Virus record (IMG/VR): IMGVR_UViG_2778261541_000010
Span: 1 to 30,311 of that record
Source: a virus
Lineage: Duplodnaviria > Heunggongvirae > Uroviricota > Caudoviricetes
Length of the DNA: 30,311 nt
Direction: 5' to 3' (one strand)
Part shown: piece by piece, positions 15,265 through 24,580 of the stretch
How positions within the stretch are numbered: position 1 is the stretch's first letter
Layout: each line of letters starts with the position of its first letter
Notes under the pieces: model-generated
Told to the model about the DNA's origin: nothing
The model's input: the letters and a program-made list of their open reading frames with translations, nothing else
Databases searched by the model: none
Translations under genes and position numbers: made by a program

Positions 15265-15279
15265 TTACCTGAAAGGTAA
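15265..15279. promoter_or_regulatory. Operator: TTACCTGAAAGGTAA upstream of the virion-gene operon
   Basis: Perfect palindrome about 90 bp upstream of the first structural gene. Confidence 0.65.
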
Positions 15280-15369
15280 TAATTCGTGCGTTAAATGTCA
15301 ACTATCTACGATAAATAAATCATATATGGTTAAATTGGTGATAATTTAATTGCGTACGGAGTCATTGAT

Positions 15370-15576
15370 ATGTGCATGGGTAGCTCACCATCAGTGCCTG
15401 CAACACCAGAAGTTCAGGCAGCACCACAGGAGCAGGATGCCGCCGTTGTTGATGCCCGCGACGAAGAAACACGTCGCCGTCGCGCTGCTGCTGGTCGTAG
15501 TTCTACGCTGCTTACCGGTTCTCAGGGCGACACATCAACCGCTAATACCAGCGGTAAAACGCTGCTTGGTCAGTAA
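15370..15576 (+). CDS. Small virion-associated protein (T7 gp6.7-like, tentative)
   Basis: 68-aa ORF starting MC..., Ala/Gly/Ser/Thr-rich, ACGGAG RBS, directly upstream of the portal gene; the overlapping 79-aa frame is rejected. Confidence 0.45.
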   Translation: MCMGSSPSVPATPEVQAAPQEQDAAVVDARDEETRRRRAAAGRSSTLLTGSQGDTSTANTSGKTLLGQ

Positions 15577-15590
15577 CCGGAGTCATTGAA

Positions 15591-17270
15591 ATGGCGGAAA
15601 CAACTAAAGAGCGATTGAACAAACAGTTCGCACAACTTGAAAGCGAGCGTCAGTCGTTCGAGCCGCACTGGCGCGAGTTGAGTGATTACATCAACCCGCG
15701 TGGTTCCCGCTTTCTGACTTCTGAGGTCAACCGTAACGATCGACGCAATACACGCATTATTGATTCTACCGGGACTATGGCGGCGCGCACTCTCGCCAGC
15801 GGCATGATGTCAGGCATCACAAGCCCCGCGCGTCCGTGGTTTCGCCTGGCTACGCCAGATCCTGAAATGATGGATTATGGCCCTGTTAAGTTGTGGCTTG
15901 AGGCGGTGCAGAACCGCATGAACGATATGTTCAATAAGTCGAATCTCTATCAGTCACTGCCGCAGTTATACGGAAGCCTAGGCACATACAGCACTGGTGC
16001 AATGGCAGTGCTGGAGGATGATGAGGACATCATTCGCACAATGCCATTCCCGATAGGCAGTTACTACCTGGCTAACTCACCTCGTGGCAGTGTGGACACC
16101 TGTTTTCGCAAGTTCTCTATGACTGTTCGTCAGCTTGTTCAGGAGTTCGGACTAAATAACGTCAGCGAATCCGTAAAAAGCATGTGGGAAAGCGGCACCT
16201 ACGAGAAGTGGATTGAAGTGATGCATTCGGTTTACCCGAACATTGACCGCGATACATCGAAGCTGGATAGCAAGAACAAGCCATTCAAATCGGTTTATTA
16301 CGAGGTTGGTGGCGATAACGACAAGTTGTTGCGTGAGTCCGGATTTGATGAGTTTCCAATTATGGCTCCGCGCTGGGAAGTTAATGGCGAAGATGTTTAT
16401 GGATCATCATGCCCGGGTATGCTGGCGCTTGGACCTGTTAAGGCATTGCAACTTCTCCAGAAGCGCAAGTCGCAGTTGATTGATAAAGCCACCAATCCGC
16501 CGATGGTTGCTCCGACTTCCCTCAAGAATCAGCGCGCCTCCCTTCTTCCTGGCGACATCACGTATATCGATCAGATTACTGGTCAGGATGGCTTCAGGCC
16601 TGCTTATCTGGTTAACCCCAGTACAGCAGATCTGGTAGCAGACATTCAGGACACTCGTCAAATCATTAACAGCGCCTACTTTGTCGATCTGTTCATGATG
16701 TTGCAGAACATCAATACCCGCTCGATGCCTGTTGAAGCAGTGATCGAAATGAAAGAAGAAAAACTTCTGATGTTGGGGCCGGTTCTGGAGCGTCTGAACG
16801 ACGAATGTCTTAATCCTCTCATTGACCGCGCTTTCTCGATGATGGTGCGTAAAAACATGCTGCCGCCACCGCCTGACGCGATGGAAGGTATGCCCCTGAA
16901 GGTCGAATACATTTCCGTCATGGCTCAGGCGCAGAAGTCTATCGGCCTGTCCAGTCTGGCGTCTACGGTCAACTTCATTGGTCAACTTGCGCAAGCGAAA
17001 CCAGAAGCTCTCGACAAACTCAACGTTGATCAGGCGATCGATGCATTCGCTGATATGTCCGGAGTGTCTCCAACCGTCATTGTTCCGCAGGAACAGGTTG
17101 AGCAGGCTCGCCAGCAACGGGCACAGCAACAACAGCAGCAACAAATGATGGCGATGGGGATGGCGGCGGCACAGGGGGCCAAGACGCTAAGCGAAGCTAA
17201 AACTTCGGATCCGAGTGTGTTGTCAGCTATGGCGAATGCAGTTAGTGGTCAGGGTGGGCAATCACAATGA
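15591..17270 (+). CDS. Portal protein, T7 gp8-like
   Basis: 559 aa; Q-rich C-terminus (QQRAQQQQQQQMMAMGMAAAQGA) parallels the T7 gp8 C-terminus; position before scaffold and capsid. Confidence 0.75.
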   Translation: MAETTKERLNKQFAQLESERQSFEPHWRELSDYINPRGSRFLTSEVNRNDRRNTRIIDSTGTMAARTLASGMMSGITSPARPWFRLATPDPEMMDYGPVKLWLEAVQNRMNDMFNKSNLYQSLPQLYGSLGTYSTGAMAVLEDDEDIIRTMPFPIGSYYLANSPRGSVDTCFRKFSMTVRQLVQEFGLNNVSESVKSMWESGTYEKWIEVMHSVYPNIDRDTSKLDSKNKPFKSVYYEVGGDNDKLLRESGFDEFPIMAPRWEVNGEDVYGSSCPGMLALGPVKALQLLQKRKSQLIDKATNPPMVAPTSLKNQRASLLPGDITYIDQITGQDGFRPAYLVNPSTADLVADIQDTRQIINSAYFVDLFMMLQNINTRSMPVEAVIEMKEEKLLMLGPVLERLNDECLNPLIDRAFSMMVRKNMLPPPPDAMEGMPLKVEYISVMAQAQKSIGLSSLASTVNFIGQLAQAKPEALDKLNVDQAIDAFADMSGVSPTVIVPQEQVEQARQQRAQQQQQQQMMAMGMAAAQGAKTLSEAKTSDPSVLSAMANAVSGQGGQSQ

Positions 17271-17563
17271 CAGATTACGAAGACGATCAACTGAAAGAAG
17301 AAAACGCCCGTAAGCAACGTGACATGGCGCAGCGTGAAATTGATGACATTCGCTTTGTCATGAGCAGTGAACAGGGGCGTCGCGTTGTCTGGTCGGTGCT
17401 GGAGAAAGGCCGTGTGTTTTCCGCTATCTCACCGATGGACGCTATGGCAATGGCATTTAATGAGGGGCAACGCAATCTGGCGCTGGAACTGTTTCAGCGC
17501 GTTATGGCGCATTGCCCTGAACAGTATTTGAAGATGGCCAAAGAGGCCAGTGAACAGGAGTGA
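17267..17563 (+). CDS. Hypothetical head-module protein (98 aa)
   Basis: ATGA overlap with portal stop; between portal and scaffold. Confidence 0.45.
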   Translation: MTDYEDDQLKEENARKQRDMAQREIDDIRFVMSSEQGRRVVWSVLEKGRVFSAISPMDAMAMAFNEGQRNLALELFQRVMAHCPEQYLKMAKEASEQE

Positions 17564-17565
17564 TC

Positions 17566-18261
17566 ATGAATTTATTTGAGCGTTTGCTGTATCGCCGTCT
17601 TTGCAATGAGCAACCAGTCGATGGTGGAGCAGCTCCGGCTGCGTCAGAACCGTCAGCGCCTGCAGGTGATAACCCTGCTCCAGTTGGTGATCCATCACAA
17701 CAGGAAGGTGATAAGCCACAACCTGTTGCTGATGGCGATAAACCTGCTGATGACAAAAAGCCTGAAAACGATAAGCAGGATGAAAAAAAGGACGGCGATA
17801 AACCAGAGGGTGCGCCTGAGAAGTACGAGTTTCAGGCAGCCGAAGGCGTAGAGCTGGATACAGAAGCGTTGAAGGAATTCGAGCCGGTGGCGCGAGAACT
17901 TAACCTGACCAACGAGCAAGCGCAAAAGCTGGTTGATGCTTATCCGAAGATTCTGGCAGGTGTTCAGCAGCGCCAGGCAGAAGCCTGGCAGAAAACAACC
18001 GAGCAGTGGGCTGCGGATGTAAAAGCTGACAAAGAAATCGGTGGCGACAAGTTGATTTCTAACCTTAGCGCCGCACAGCGTGCGCTTGACCAGTTCGGGA
18101 CACCTGAACTCAAAGAATATCTGAACACCACCGGGCTGGGTAATCACCCTGATCTGGTCAAAACGTTCGTGAAAATCGGAAAGGCGATGTCTGAAGATGG
18201 CATGGTCACCGGTGGTAATGAAGGCCAGCGTAGTGCGGCCGAAGTGCTCTATGGCAAATAA
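17566..18261 (+). CDS. Scaffolding protein
   Basis: Acidic, Pro/Asp/Lys-rich low-complexity N-terminal half and helical C-terminal half; located between portal and capsid; ATG 17566 with AGGAG RBS. Confidence 0.6.
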   Translation: MNLFERLLYRRLCNEQPVDGGAAPAASEPSAPAGDNPAPVGDPSQQEGDKPQPVADGDKPADDKKPENDKQDEKKDGDKPEGAPEKYEFQAAEGVELDTEALKEFEPVARELNLTNEQAQKLVDAYPKILAGVQQRQAEAWQKTTEQWAADVKADKEIGGDKLISNLSAAQRALDQFGTPELKEYLNTTGLGNHPDLVKTFVKIGKAMSEDGMVTGGNEGQRSAAEVLYGK

Positions 18262-18275
18262 GAGAGGAAATGACA

Positions 18276-19262
18276 ATGGCTGTTAAAGGCTTAACTGCGC
18301 TAACGCTGGCTGACTGGGGTAAGCGCGTCGATCCAAACGGGAAAGTCGATAAGATTATCGAGCTTCTCGGTCAAACTAACCCGATCCTTCAGGATATGCC
18401 TTTTGTCGAAGGGAACCTTCCTACCGGACACCGAACCACCATTCGTTCTGGTTTACCTTCAGCTACCTGGCGTTTGCTGAACTATGGCGTACAGCCAAGC
18501 AAATCAACCACAGTGCAGGTAACCGATTCCGTTGGCATGCTGGAAACCTATGCTGAAGTCGATAAATCACTGGCTGATCTGAACGGCAATTCCGCTGAAT
18601 TCCGCCTGTCTGAAGACCGCGCATTTATTGAAGCGATGAATCAGCAGATGGCGCAGACGCTGTTTTATGGTGATTCCAGCGTTAACCCTCAGCAGTTTAT
18701 GGGACTGTCCTCCCGCTATTCCAGCCTGTCTGCGGGTAATGCTCAGAACATCATTGATGCTGGTGGCACGGGTACAGATAACACCTCAATCTGGTTAGTG
18801 GTGTGGGGCGAAAACACCGTGCATGGCATCTTCCCGAAAGGGCAGAAGGCTGGCATCCAGATGGAAGATAAAGGCCAGGTGACACTGGAAGATGCTAATG
18901 GCGGCAAGTACGAAGGCTATCGCACCCATTACAAATGGGACAACGGACTTGCTCTGCGTGACTGGCGTTATGTTGTTCGCATTGCAAACATCGATGTCAG
19001 CAATCTTTCAGAACCTTCCTCTGCCGCAAATATTGCGAAGTTGATGGTTAAAGCACTGCATCGCATTCCAAACCGTGGAATGGGTCGCCCGGTGTTCTAC
19101 ATGAACCGCACTGTAGGCCAGGCTCTTGATCTGCAATCTCTGGAGAAAACATCTCTGGCGATCAGCGTAAAAGAGACAGAAGGCGAGTGGTGGACTTCAT
19201 TCCGTGGTGTACCAATCCGTGAAACTGATGCGCTTCTGGAAACAGAAGCCCGTGTGGTGTAA
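18276..19262 (+). CDS. Major capsid protein
   Basis: About 330 aa, immediately after scaffold, size and position typical of HK97-fold coat proteins; ATG 18276 has GAGG at optimal spacing. Confidence 0.65.
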   Translation: MAVKGLTALTLADWGKRVDPNGKVDKIIELLGQTNPILQDMPFVEGNLPTGHRTTIRSGLPSATWRLLNYGVQPSKSTTVQVTDSVGMLETYAEVDKSLADLNGNSAEFRLSEDRAFIEAMNQQMAQTLFYGDSSVNPQQFMGLSSRYSSLSAGNAQNIIDAGGTGTDNTSIWLVVWGENTVHGIFPKGQKAGIQMEDKGQVTLEDANGGKYEGYRTHYKWDNGLALRDWRYVVRIANIDVSNLSEPSSAANIAKLMVKALHRIPNRGMGRPVFYMNRTVGQALDLQSLEKTSLAISVKETEGEWWTSFRGVPIRETDALLETEARVV

Positions 19263-19313
19263 CGCCTGTTATTAACCAGTGGGTCGTAACAGACCCACTA
19301 ATGGAGAAAGAAG

Positions 19314-19751
19314 ATGATCACCGACAAACTGTTGATGTTCTCCGAAGCACAGGCGGTAACTGATACCGCGGCTTCTACTGACGTAATCGATCTAGGTCCA
19401 ATTGATGGAAATCGTCGCGATATCGGCGTGGGTTACCCGCTTGAGTTTTGGGCGCTGGTTAACGAAGCCGCCACGGCAAGTGGTGAGGCAACTGTAAACA
19501 TCCAGTTGCAGACGAGTGAGAATAACAGCTCATGGTCCACTATTTATGATAGTGGCGCACTGGCAAAGGCTACCCTGACAGCAGGTAAACGAGTTGTTTC
19601 TGCAAAGGTGCCTGCCGGTGTTCAGCGATATCTGCGTGTTAACTACTCCGTCGCAACTGGCCCACTAACGGCCGGCAAATTCACTGCGGGTATTAGTCTG
19701 GATGTTGATGCCAATACACCGTACCCGATCCGCTCAAAATTAACTGGTTAA
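19314..19751 (+). CDS. Putative capsid decoration/cement protein
   Basis: 145-aa Ala/Thr/Gly-rich ORF directly after the capsid gene, GGAGAAAG RBS. Confidence 0.4.
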   Translation: MITDKLLMFSEAQAVTDTAASTDVIDLGPIDGNRRDIGVGYPLEFWALVNEAATASGEATVNIQLQTSENNSSWSTIYDSGALAKATLTAGKRVVSAKVPAGVQRYLRVNYSVATGPLTAGKFTAGISLDVDANTPYPIRSKLTG

Positions 19752-19761
19752 GGTGATTTCG

Positions 19762-20097
19762 ATGTCAGGTGAGAAACCAAGATACCGCGTTCTGCGCCTC
19801 TCTCATATCCATAACACACTGTGGCCGGAGGGGGCAGAAATCGAATACGAAGGTGAGCCTGGTAGCGCACTGGAACCTGTTAACGATGCAGCCAGACAGG
19901 CAAAAGCAAAGGTAGCAGGAAAGGTGACTATGGCAGCAACCAGCACCAAAATCATCAACGATGTGTCAGATGATGGTGAACTGGATAAGCTCCGTGAAGA
20001 GTACGAATTGCTCTTTAACGAGAAGCCACACCATAACGCCAAAGCCGAAACGCTCCGCGAGAAGATCGCAGATAAGCGTAAAGAACTGGGCGTGTAA
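19762..20097 (+). CDS. Hypothetical virion-module protein (111 aa)
   Basis: ATG 19762 preceded by AAGGTGA (track start 19753 is a GTG inside the RBS); followed by a terminator-like hairpin. Confidence 0.45.
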   Translation: MSGEKPRYRVLRLSHIHNTLWPEGAEIEYEGEPGSALEPVNDAARQAKAKVAGKVTMAATSTKIINDVSDDGELDKLREEYELLFNEKPHHNAKAETLREKIADKRKELGV

Positions 20098-20114
20098 GCC
20101 TCGCGAATCAGACA

Positions 20115-20135
20115 AGGGGCTTCGGCCCCTTTATT
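20115..20135 (+). terminator. Terminator-like hairpin inside the virion operon
   Basis: AGGGGC-TTCG-GCCCCT followed by TTATT, between the 111-aa and 107-aa genes. Confidence 0.5.
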
Positions 20136-20147
20136 GCAGGAGTGTAT

Positions 20148-20471
20148 ATGGAACTCGTAAACCTCAAAACCGGCACTGACAGCTACCAGGATGAGAGCGG
20201 AGAAACCAGAACTCGCGATGAATACCCGTGGGGGCTGTGCATCACGCTGAATAACGACACATTGAATAAGCTGAAGGCGCAACCTCAGGGCGTCGGAACA
20301 GAAGTGATGATAACTGCAAAGGCTGTTATTCGAGGCCTGTCTGCCAGAGAAACTGACGATGGTGTTAATCGCAGCGCCGATCTGCAGATCACTGATATGG
20401 CAATCGCTCCTGTTTCCGGTGATGTAGAAAAATCAGCGGCTGAAACCCTCTACGGTAACGGGGGTGAGTGA
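20148..20471 (+). CDS. Hypothetical virion-module protein (107 aa)
   Basis: ATG 20148 with CAGGAG RBS; stop overlaps next start. Confidence 0.45.
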   Translation: MELVNLKTGTDSYQDESGETRTRDEYPWGLCITLNNDTLNKLKAQPQGVGTEVMITAKAVIRGLSARETDDGVNRSADLQITDMAIAPVSGDVEKSAAETLYGNGGE

Positions 20472-21076
20472 TGGCCTCTGTAGTAGAGATCTGTAATCGT
20501 GCGCTGTCCAATATTGGCAACAGCCGCAGCATTAACAGCCTGACGGAAGCCAGCAAGGAAGCAGGGGAATGTTCGCTGCACTTTGAGGCCTGCCGTGATG
20601 CTGTGCTTTCTGATTTTGACTGGAACTTTGCTACCAAACGCGTGGCGCTTGCAGATACGAACAATCCACCGCCTGACTGGGAATATGCGTACCAGTACCC
20701 GTCCGATTGTCTGCGCATTACTGAAATTATGCTTCCTGGTGTACGCAATCCAACAGCAGCAATGCGCGTCCAGTACGAAGTGGGTGCAGACACCAATGGA
20801 ACAGGAAAGTTGATCTACACAGGCCAGCCGCAGGCATGGCTCAAGTATGTCTCTCGCGTTTCAGATGTAAACATGTTTGATGCCATTTTTATGGAGGCGC
20901 TGGCCTGGCGTCTTGCGGCAGCCATTAACATGGCGCTGACTGGGAATGCAGACCTCGGTACGTTTGCCCTCAATATGTACAATCGCGTGATTCTTAGTGC
21001 TGGCTCGCATAGCCAGAATGAATCACAGGAACCACAGCCACCGGTTGATGAGTTTACCATTGCGAGGTTGTCCTGA
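20471..21076 (+). CDS. Tail tubular protein A (T7 gp11-like)
   Basis: About 200 aa directly upstream of a gp12-like gene; N-terminal pattern N.AL..IG...L.E resembles gp11; GGGGTGAG RBS. Confidence 0.55.
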   Translation: MASVVEICNRALSNIGNSRSINSLTEASKEAGECSLHFEACRDAVLSDFDWNFATKRVALADTNNPPPDWEYAYQYPSDCLRITEIMLPGVRNPTAAMRVQYEVGADTNGTGKLIYTGQPQAWLKYVSRVSDVNMFDAIFMEALAWRLAAAINMALTGNADLGTFALNMYNRVILSAGSHSQNESQEPQPPVDEFTIARLS

Positions 21077-23541
21077 TGGCTATCAGTTGGATCCAGCCCA
21101 GCTTTGCCGGTGGTGAGATTGGACCGTCGTTGTACGGGCGTATTGACATGGCGAAGTACCAGGTAGCATTGCGCAAGTGCGATAACTTTATCGTGCGGCA
21201 GTATGGCGGCGTTGAGAATCGACCTGGTACGCGTTTTGTCGGTGTCGCCAAATACCCAAATCGGAAATGCCGCCTGATCCCGTTCCAGTTCTCGACGGTT
21301 CAGACTTATGCTCTGGAGTTCGGACACCAGTACATGCGCGTTATCAAAGATGGTGCGTTGGTGCTGAACAGCAGCAATGTTATTTATGAAATTGCCACGC
21401 CATATACTGAAGCCGATCTGTTCCGAATTAAATTCACGCAAAGCGCCGACGTGCTTACGCTGGTTCACCCGGCATACCCGCCGAAAGAGCTGCGCCGCTA
21501 TGCGCATGACAACTGGCAACTGGTTGATGTGGTAACGAAGAACGGGCCATTTGAAGATATCAATATTGATGAGTCAGTGACGGTTTATGCCAGCGCCAGC
21601 ACCGGGACAATTACGTTAACGGCAAGCGCCTCTATTTTTGGCGCGGAGCAGGTAGGCAAATTGTTCTATCTGGAACAGCCTGCAGTGGATTCTGTGCCGG
21701 TATGGGAAACCAGTAAGAGTACGTCGATTGGCGATATTCGCCGTGCAGACAGTAACTACTATCGCGCCGTTACAGCAGGCAAAACAGGCACTTTGCGCCC
21801 TTCGCATACAGAAGGCACATCATGGGATGGCTGGGGCGGATCCGGTGATGATGATACTGGCATTGAGTGGGAATATCTGCACAGTGGTTTTGGCATTGCC
21901 CGTATCACTGCTGCAAATGGAACTACTGCAACTGCCGAGGTGATTTCCTATATCCCTTCGCAGGTCGTTGGCGAGGATAATGCCAGCTATAAATGGGCTA
22001 AATATGCCTGGAACAGTGTTAATGGTTATCCTGGCACTGTTGTTTATTATCAACAACGTCTTTACTTCGCCGCATCGACTGCGTTCCCTCAGACTATCTG
22101 GGCCAGCCGTACCGGGGATTATAAGGATTTTGGCAAAAGCAATCCTACGCAGGATGACGACAGAATTATCTACACCTATGCCGGGCGTCAGGTTAATGAG
22201 ATCCGTCACCTGATTGATGTTGGTTCTCTGGTGGCGCTGACTTCCGGAGGTGAGTACGTCATCACCGGCGACCAGAACAAAGTGTTAACCCCATCATCAT
22301 TTGCATTCAGCTCTCAGGGATCAAATGGCTCAAGCAACGTCCCACCAATTGCTGTGGCGAATATTGCTCTGTTCGTCCAGGAGAAAGGCAGCGTTGTCCG
22401 TGATCTGGCCTACTCATTCGATGTTGACGGCTATCAGGGGAACGACCTGACCATCCTTGCCAATCATCTTTTTCAGAAGCACAGCATTGTTGACTGGTGC
22501 TTCTCTATTGTCCCTTACTCCAGCGCCTTCTGCATTCGTGATGACGGTAAATTACTGGTGATGACCTATTTGCGTGATCAGCAGGTTTTTGCATGGGCAC
22601 CACAATCCAGTACCGGAAAATATGAAAGCACATGCAGTATCAGCGAAGGAAATGAAGATGCGGTGTATTTCGTCGTTAACCGAACCGTTAACGGGCAAAC
22701 AGTGAGATACATCGAGCGACTGTCCAGCCGTTTATTTACCAGCGATGAAGACGCTTTCTTTGTTGATTCTGGCCTTAGCTATGATGGAAGAAATACGTCT
22801 GACAGAACGATGACAATCATTGGTGGTTCTGGCGAATGGGATTACCGCGCGGAATATACAATCAGTGTTTCTGGTGGTGCGTACTTCACCAGTAGTGATG
22901 TCGGCGCGCAACTACAGTTCCCTTATACCGGAACTGATACTGGCGATGAAGTGTCAAAAGAATTACGTTGCGACATTATTTCTGTAACCAGCAATACCGC
23001 TGTAGTGGTTCGTGCTAACAGGAACGTCCCGCCATCCCTCAGGAATGTGGCCACCACGAACTGGCAGATGGCGCGCCGGACATTTGGAGGCCTGTCTCAT
23101 CTTGAAGGCCAGACCGTAAACATTCTCTCTGATGCGAACGTGGAACCACAGAAAGTGGTTTCCGGAGGTGCCGTCACGCTGGAATCTCCGGGGGCTGTAG
23201 TGCACATCGGCCTGCCAATAACTGCTGAATTCGAAACACTGGATATCAACATTAACGGACAGGAAACGCTGCTGGACAAAAAACAGGTGATCCCCTCCGT
23301 TACTCTGGTTGTGAATGCCAGTCGCGGCATCTGGGCGACTACGCCTGGCGGTAAATGGTACGAATATCCACAGCGTGAATTCGAGTTCTACGATGATCCT
23401 GTTGATGATGCTACCGGAAAAGTAGAAGTGAAACTGGACAGTAACTGGGGCAAAAACGGACGTGTAAAAATCCGTCAGCTTGATCCGTTGCCGCTGTCTG
23501 TTCTTGCCGTTATTCCTCGCCTTACTGTTGGGGGATTCTGA
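21076..23541 (+). CDS. Tail tubular protein B (T7 gp12-like)
   Basis: 821 aa (T7 gp12 is about 794 aa), follows the gp11-like gene, start overlaps upstream stop. Confidence 0.6.
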   Translation: MAISWIQPSFAGGEIGPSLYGRIDMAKYQVALRKCDNFIVRQYGGVENRPGTRFVGVAKYPNRKCRLIPFQFSTVQTYALEFGHQYMRVIKDGALVLNSSNVIYEIATPYTEADLFRIKFTQSADVLTLVHPAYPPKELRRYAHDNWQLVDVVTKNGPFEDINIDESVTVYASASTGTITLTASASIFGAEQVGKLFYLEQPAVDSVPVWETSKSTSIGDIRRADSNYYRAVTAGKTGTLRPSHTEGTSWDGWGGSGDDDTGIEWEYLHSGFGIARITAANGTTATAEVISYIPSQVVGEDNASYKWAKYAWNSVNGYPGTVVYYQQRLYFAASTAFPQTIWASRTGDYKDFGKSNPTQDDDRIIYTYAGRQVNEIRHLIDVGSLVALTSGGEYVITGDQNKVLTPSSFAFSSQGSNGSSNVPPIAVANIALFVQEKGSVVRDLAYSFDVDGYQGNDLTILANHLFQKHSIVDWCFSIVPYSSAFCIRDDGKLLVMTYLRDQQVFAWAPQSSTGKYESTCSISEGNEDAVYFVVNRTVNGQTVRYIERLSSRLFTSDEDAFFVDSGLSYDGRNTSDRTMTIIGGSGEWDYRAEYTISVSGGAYFTSSDVGAQLQFPYTGTDTGDEVSKELRCDIISVTSNTAVVVRANRNVPPSLRNVATTNWQMARRTFGGLSHLEGQTVNILSDANVEPQKVVSGGAVTLESPGAVVHIGLPITAEFETLDININGQETLLDKKQVIPSVTLVVNASRGIWATTPGGKWYEYPQREFEFYDDPVDDATGKVEVKLDSNWGKNGRVKIRQLDPLPLSVLAVIPRLTVGGF

Positions 23542-24005
23542 TGATCGATGTTCAAATTATTCCCGCAACCGAAGAGCATCTTCAGATGATTTTGCCGGAT
23601 GTTCGTCAGGCTGATATTGACGAACTGTATGCGGTATCGCTGATGACTACCGAAGATGCGCTGCGTGTTGGTCTGCGCACTGCGACTATGGCCTGGTCAG
23701 GGTTCGCGAACGGAGAACTGGTAACCATGTTTGGTGTATCTCCGGCGTCAATGATCGGTGGCAATGGTACGCCCTGGCTGGTAGGAACCAGCCGTATTGA
23801 AAAATATCAGAAGACATTTCTTCGCCACTGCCGACCTGTATTGCAGCAGATGCTGGCAGTTTATCCGCGCCTGGAAAACTACGTCGACGAGCGAAACCAT
23901 GTTGCCAAAGCATGGCTGCACTGGCTTGGATTCAGGCTTGAAGAAGCCGCGCCTTATGGTGCTCTTGGTCTTAATTTCCACAGATTTCACATGGAGAGAA
24001 AATAA
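23541..24005 (+). CDS. Hypothetical protein at the gp13 position (internal virion protein A-like, tentative)
   Basis: 154-aa ORF between the tail tubular B and gp14-like genes; overlapping start/stop. Confidence 0.4.
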   Translation: MIDVQIIPATEEHLQMILPDVRQADIDELYAVSLMTTEDALRVGLRTATMAWSGFANGELVTMFGVSPASMIGGNGTPWLVGTSRIEKYQKTFLRHCRPVLQQMLAVYPRLENYVDERNHVAKAWLHWLGFRLEEAAPYGALGLNFHRFHMERK

Positions 24006-24580
24006 TGTGCGATCCGGTTATTGCTGGTGGCGCAATGCTCGCCATGAGTGGCATTCAGGCATACACCCAGTACCAACAGGGAAAGTATGCCTCGAAGGTT
24101 GCAGAAGCGAACGCAGATATAGCCACTGCTCAGGCAAATGATGCAATAAACAGAGGTAACGCTGAAGCTGAGCAACGGCGCAGAGAGACCCGACAGCGGC
24201 TTGGTACACAAGCGGCGACAATGGGGGCGACCGGCGCCGATTTATCTACCGGTAACGCGCTGGATATATTTGGCGACACTGCCCAGTTTGGCGCTCTTGA
24301 TGCGTTAACGACAGTGAATAACGCTCAGCGTGAGGCATATGGGTATCAGGTTCAGGGAATGAATGCTCGGGCACAGGGGGCTGCTGCTCAGTCGGCTGCT
24401 AAATCATCGATGACCAGCACTTTGTTAACGGCACCACTAAAAGCATACGGTGCGTACCAGATGTTTGGTGGGACGTGGAGTCCGTTCTCTAAAGGAAGTA
24501 CATCTAGTGGTGGGACGCCAATGTTATCTAACTCAGGTTTTATGAATTCTGACTCCCGATTCAAAATAGGAGGTTACTGA
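24005..24580 (+). CDS. Internal virion protein B (T7 gp14-like)
   Basis: 191 aa, begins MC..., Ala/Gln/Gly-rich, size and position like T7 gp14. Confidence 0.5.
   Translation: MCDPVIAGGAMLAMSGIQAYTQYQQGKYASKVAEANADIATAQANDAINRGNAEAEQRRRETRQRLGTQAATMGATGADLSTGNALDIFGDTAQFGALDALTTVNNAQREAYGYQVQGMNARAQGAAAQSAAKSSMTSTLLTAPLKAYGAYQMFGGTWSPFSKGSTSSGGTPMLSNSGFMNSDSRFKIGGY

Noticed and set aside
15350-15589. 79-aa ORF in an alternative frame to the small virion protein gene
   Set aside because: Starts at a TTG without an RBS and overlaps the better-supported 15370-15576 frame, which has an ACGGAG Shine-Dalgarno
16407-17144. 245-aa ORF on the minus strand inside the portal gene
   Set aside because: Antisense to a well-supported portal ORF, starts with a poly-Leu low-complexity stretch, no RBS; typical spurious antisense frame
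20815-21519. 234-aa minus-strand ORF overlapping tail tubular genes (and similar antisense ORFs at 19803-20282 and 20389-20796)
   Set aside because: Antisense to contiguous, translationally coupled structural genes; no RBS or recognisable family
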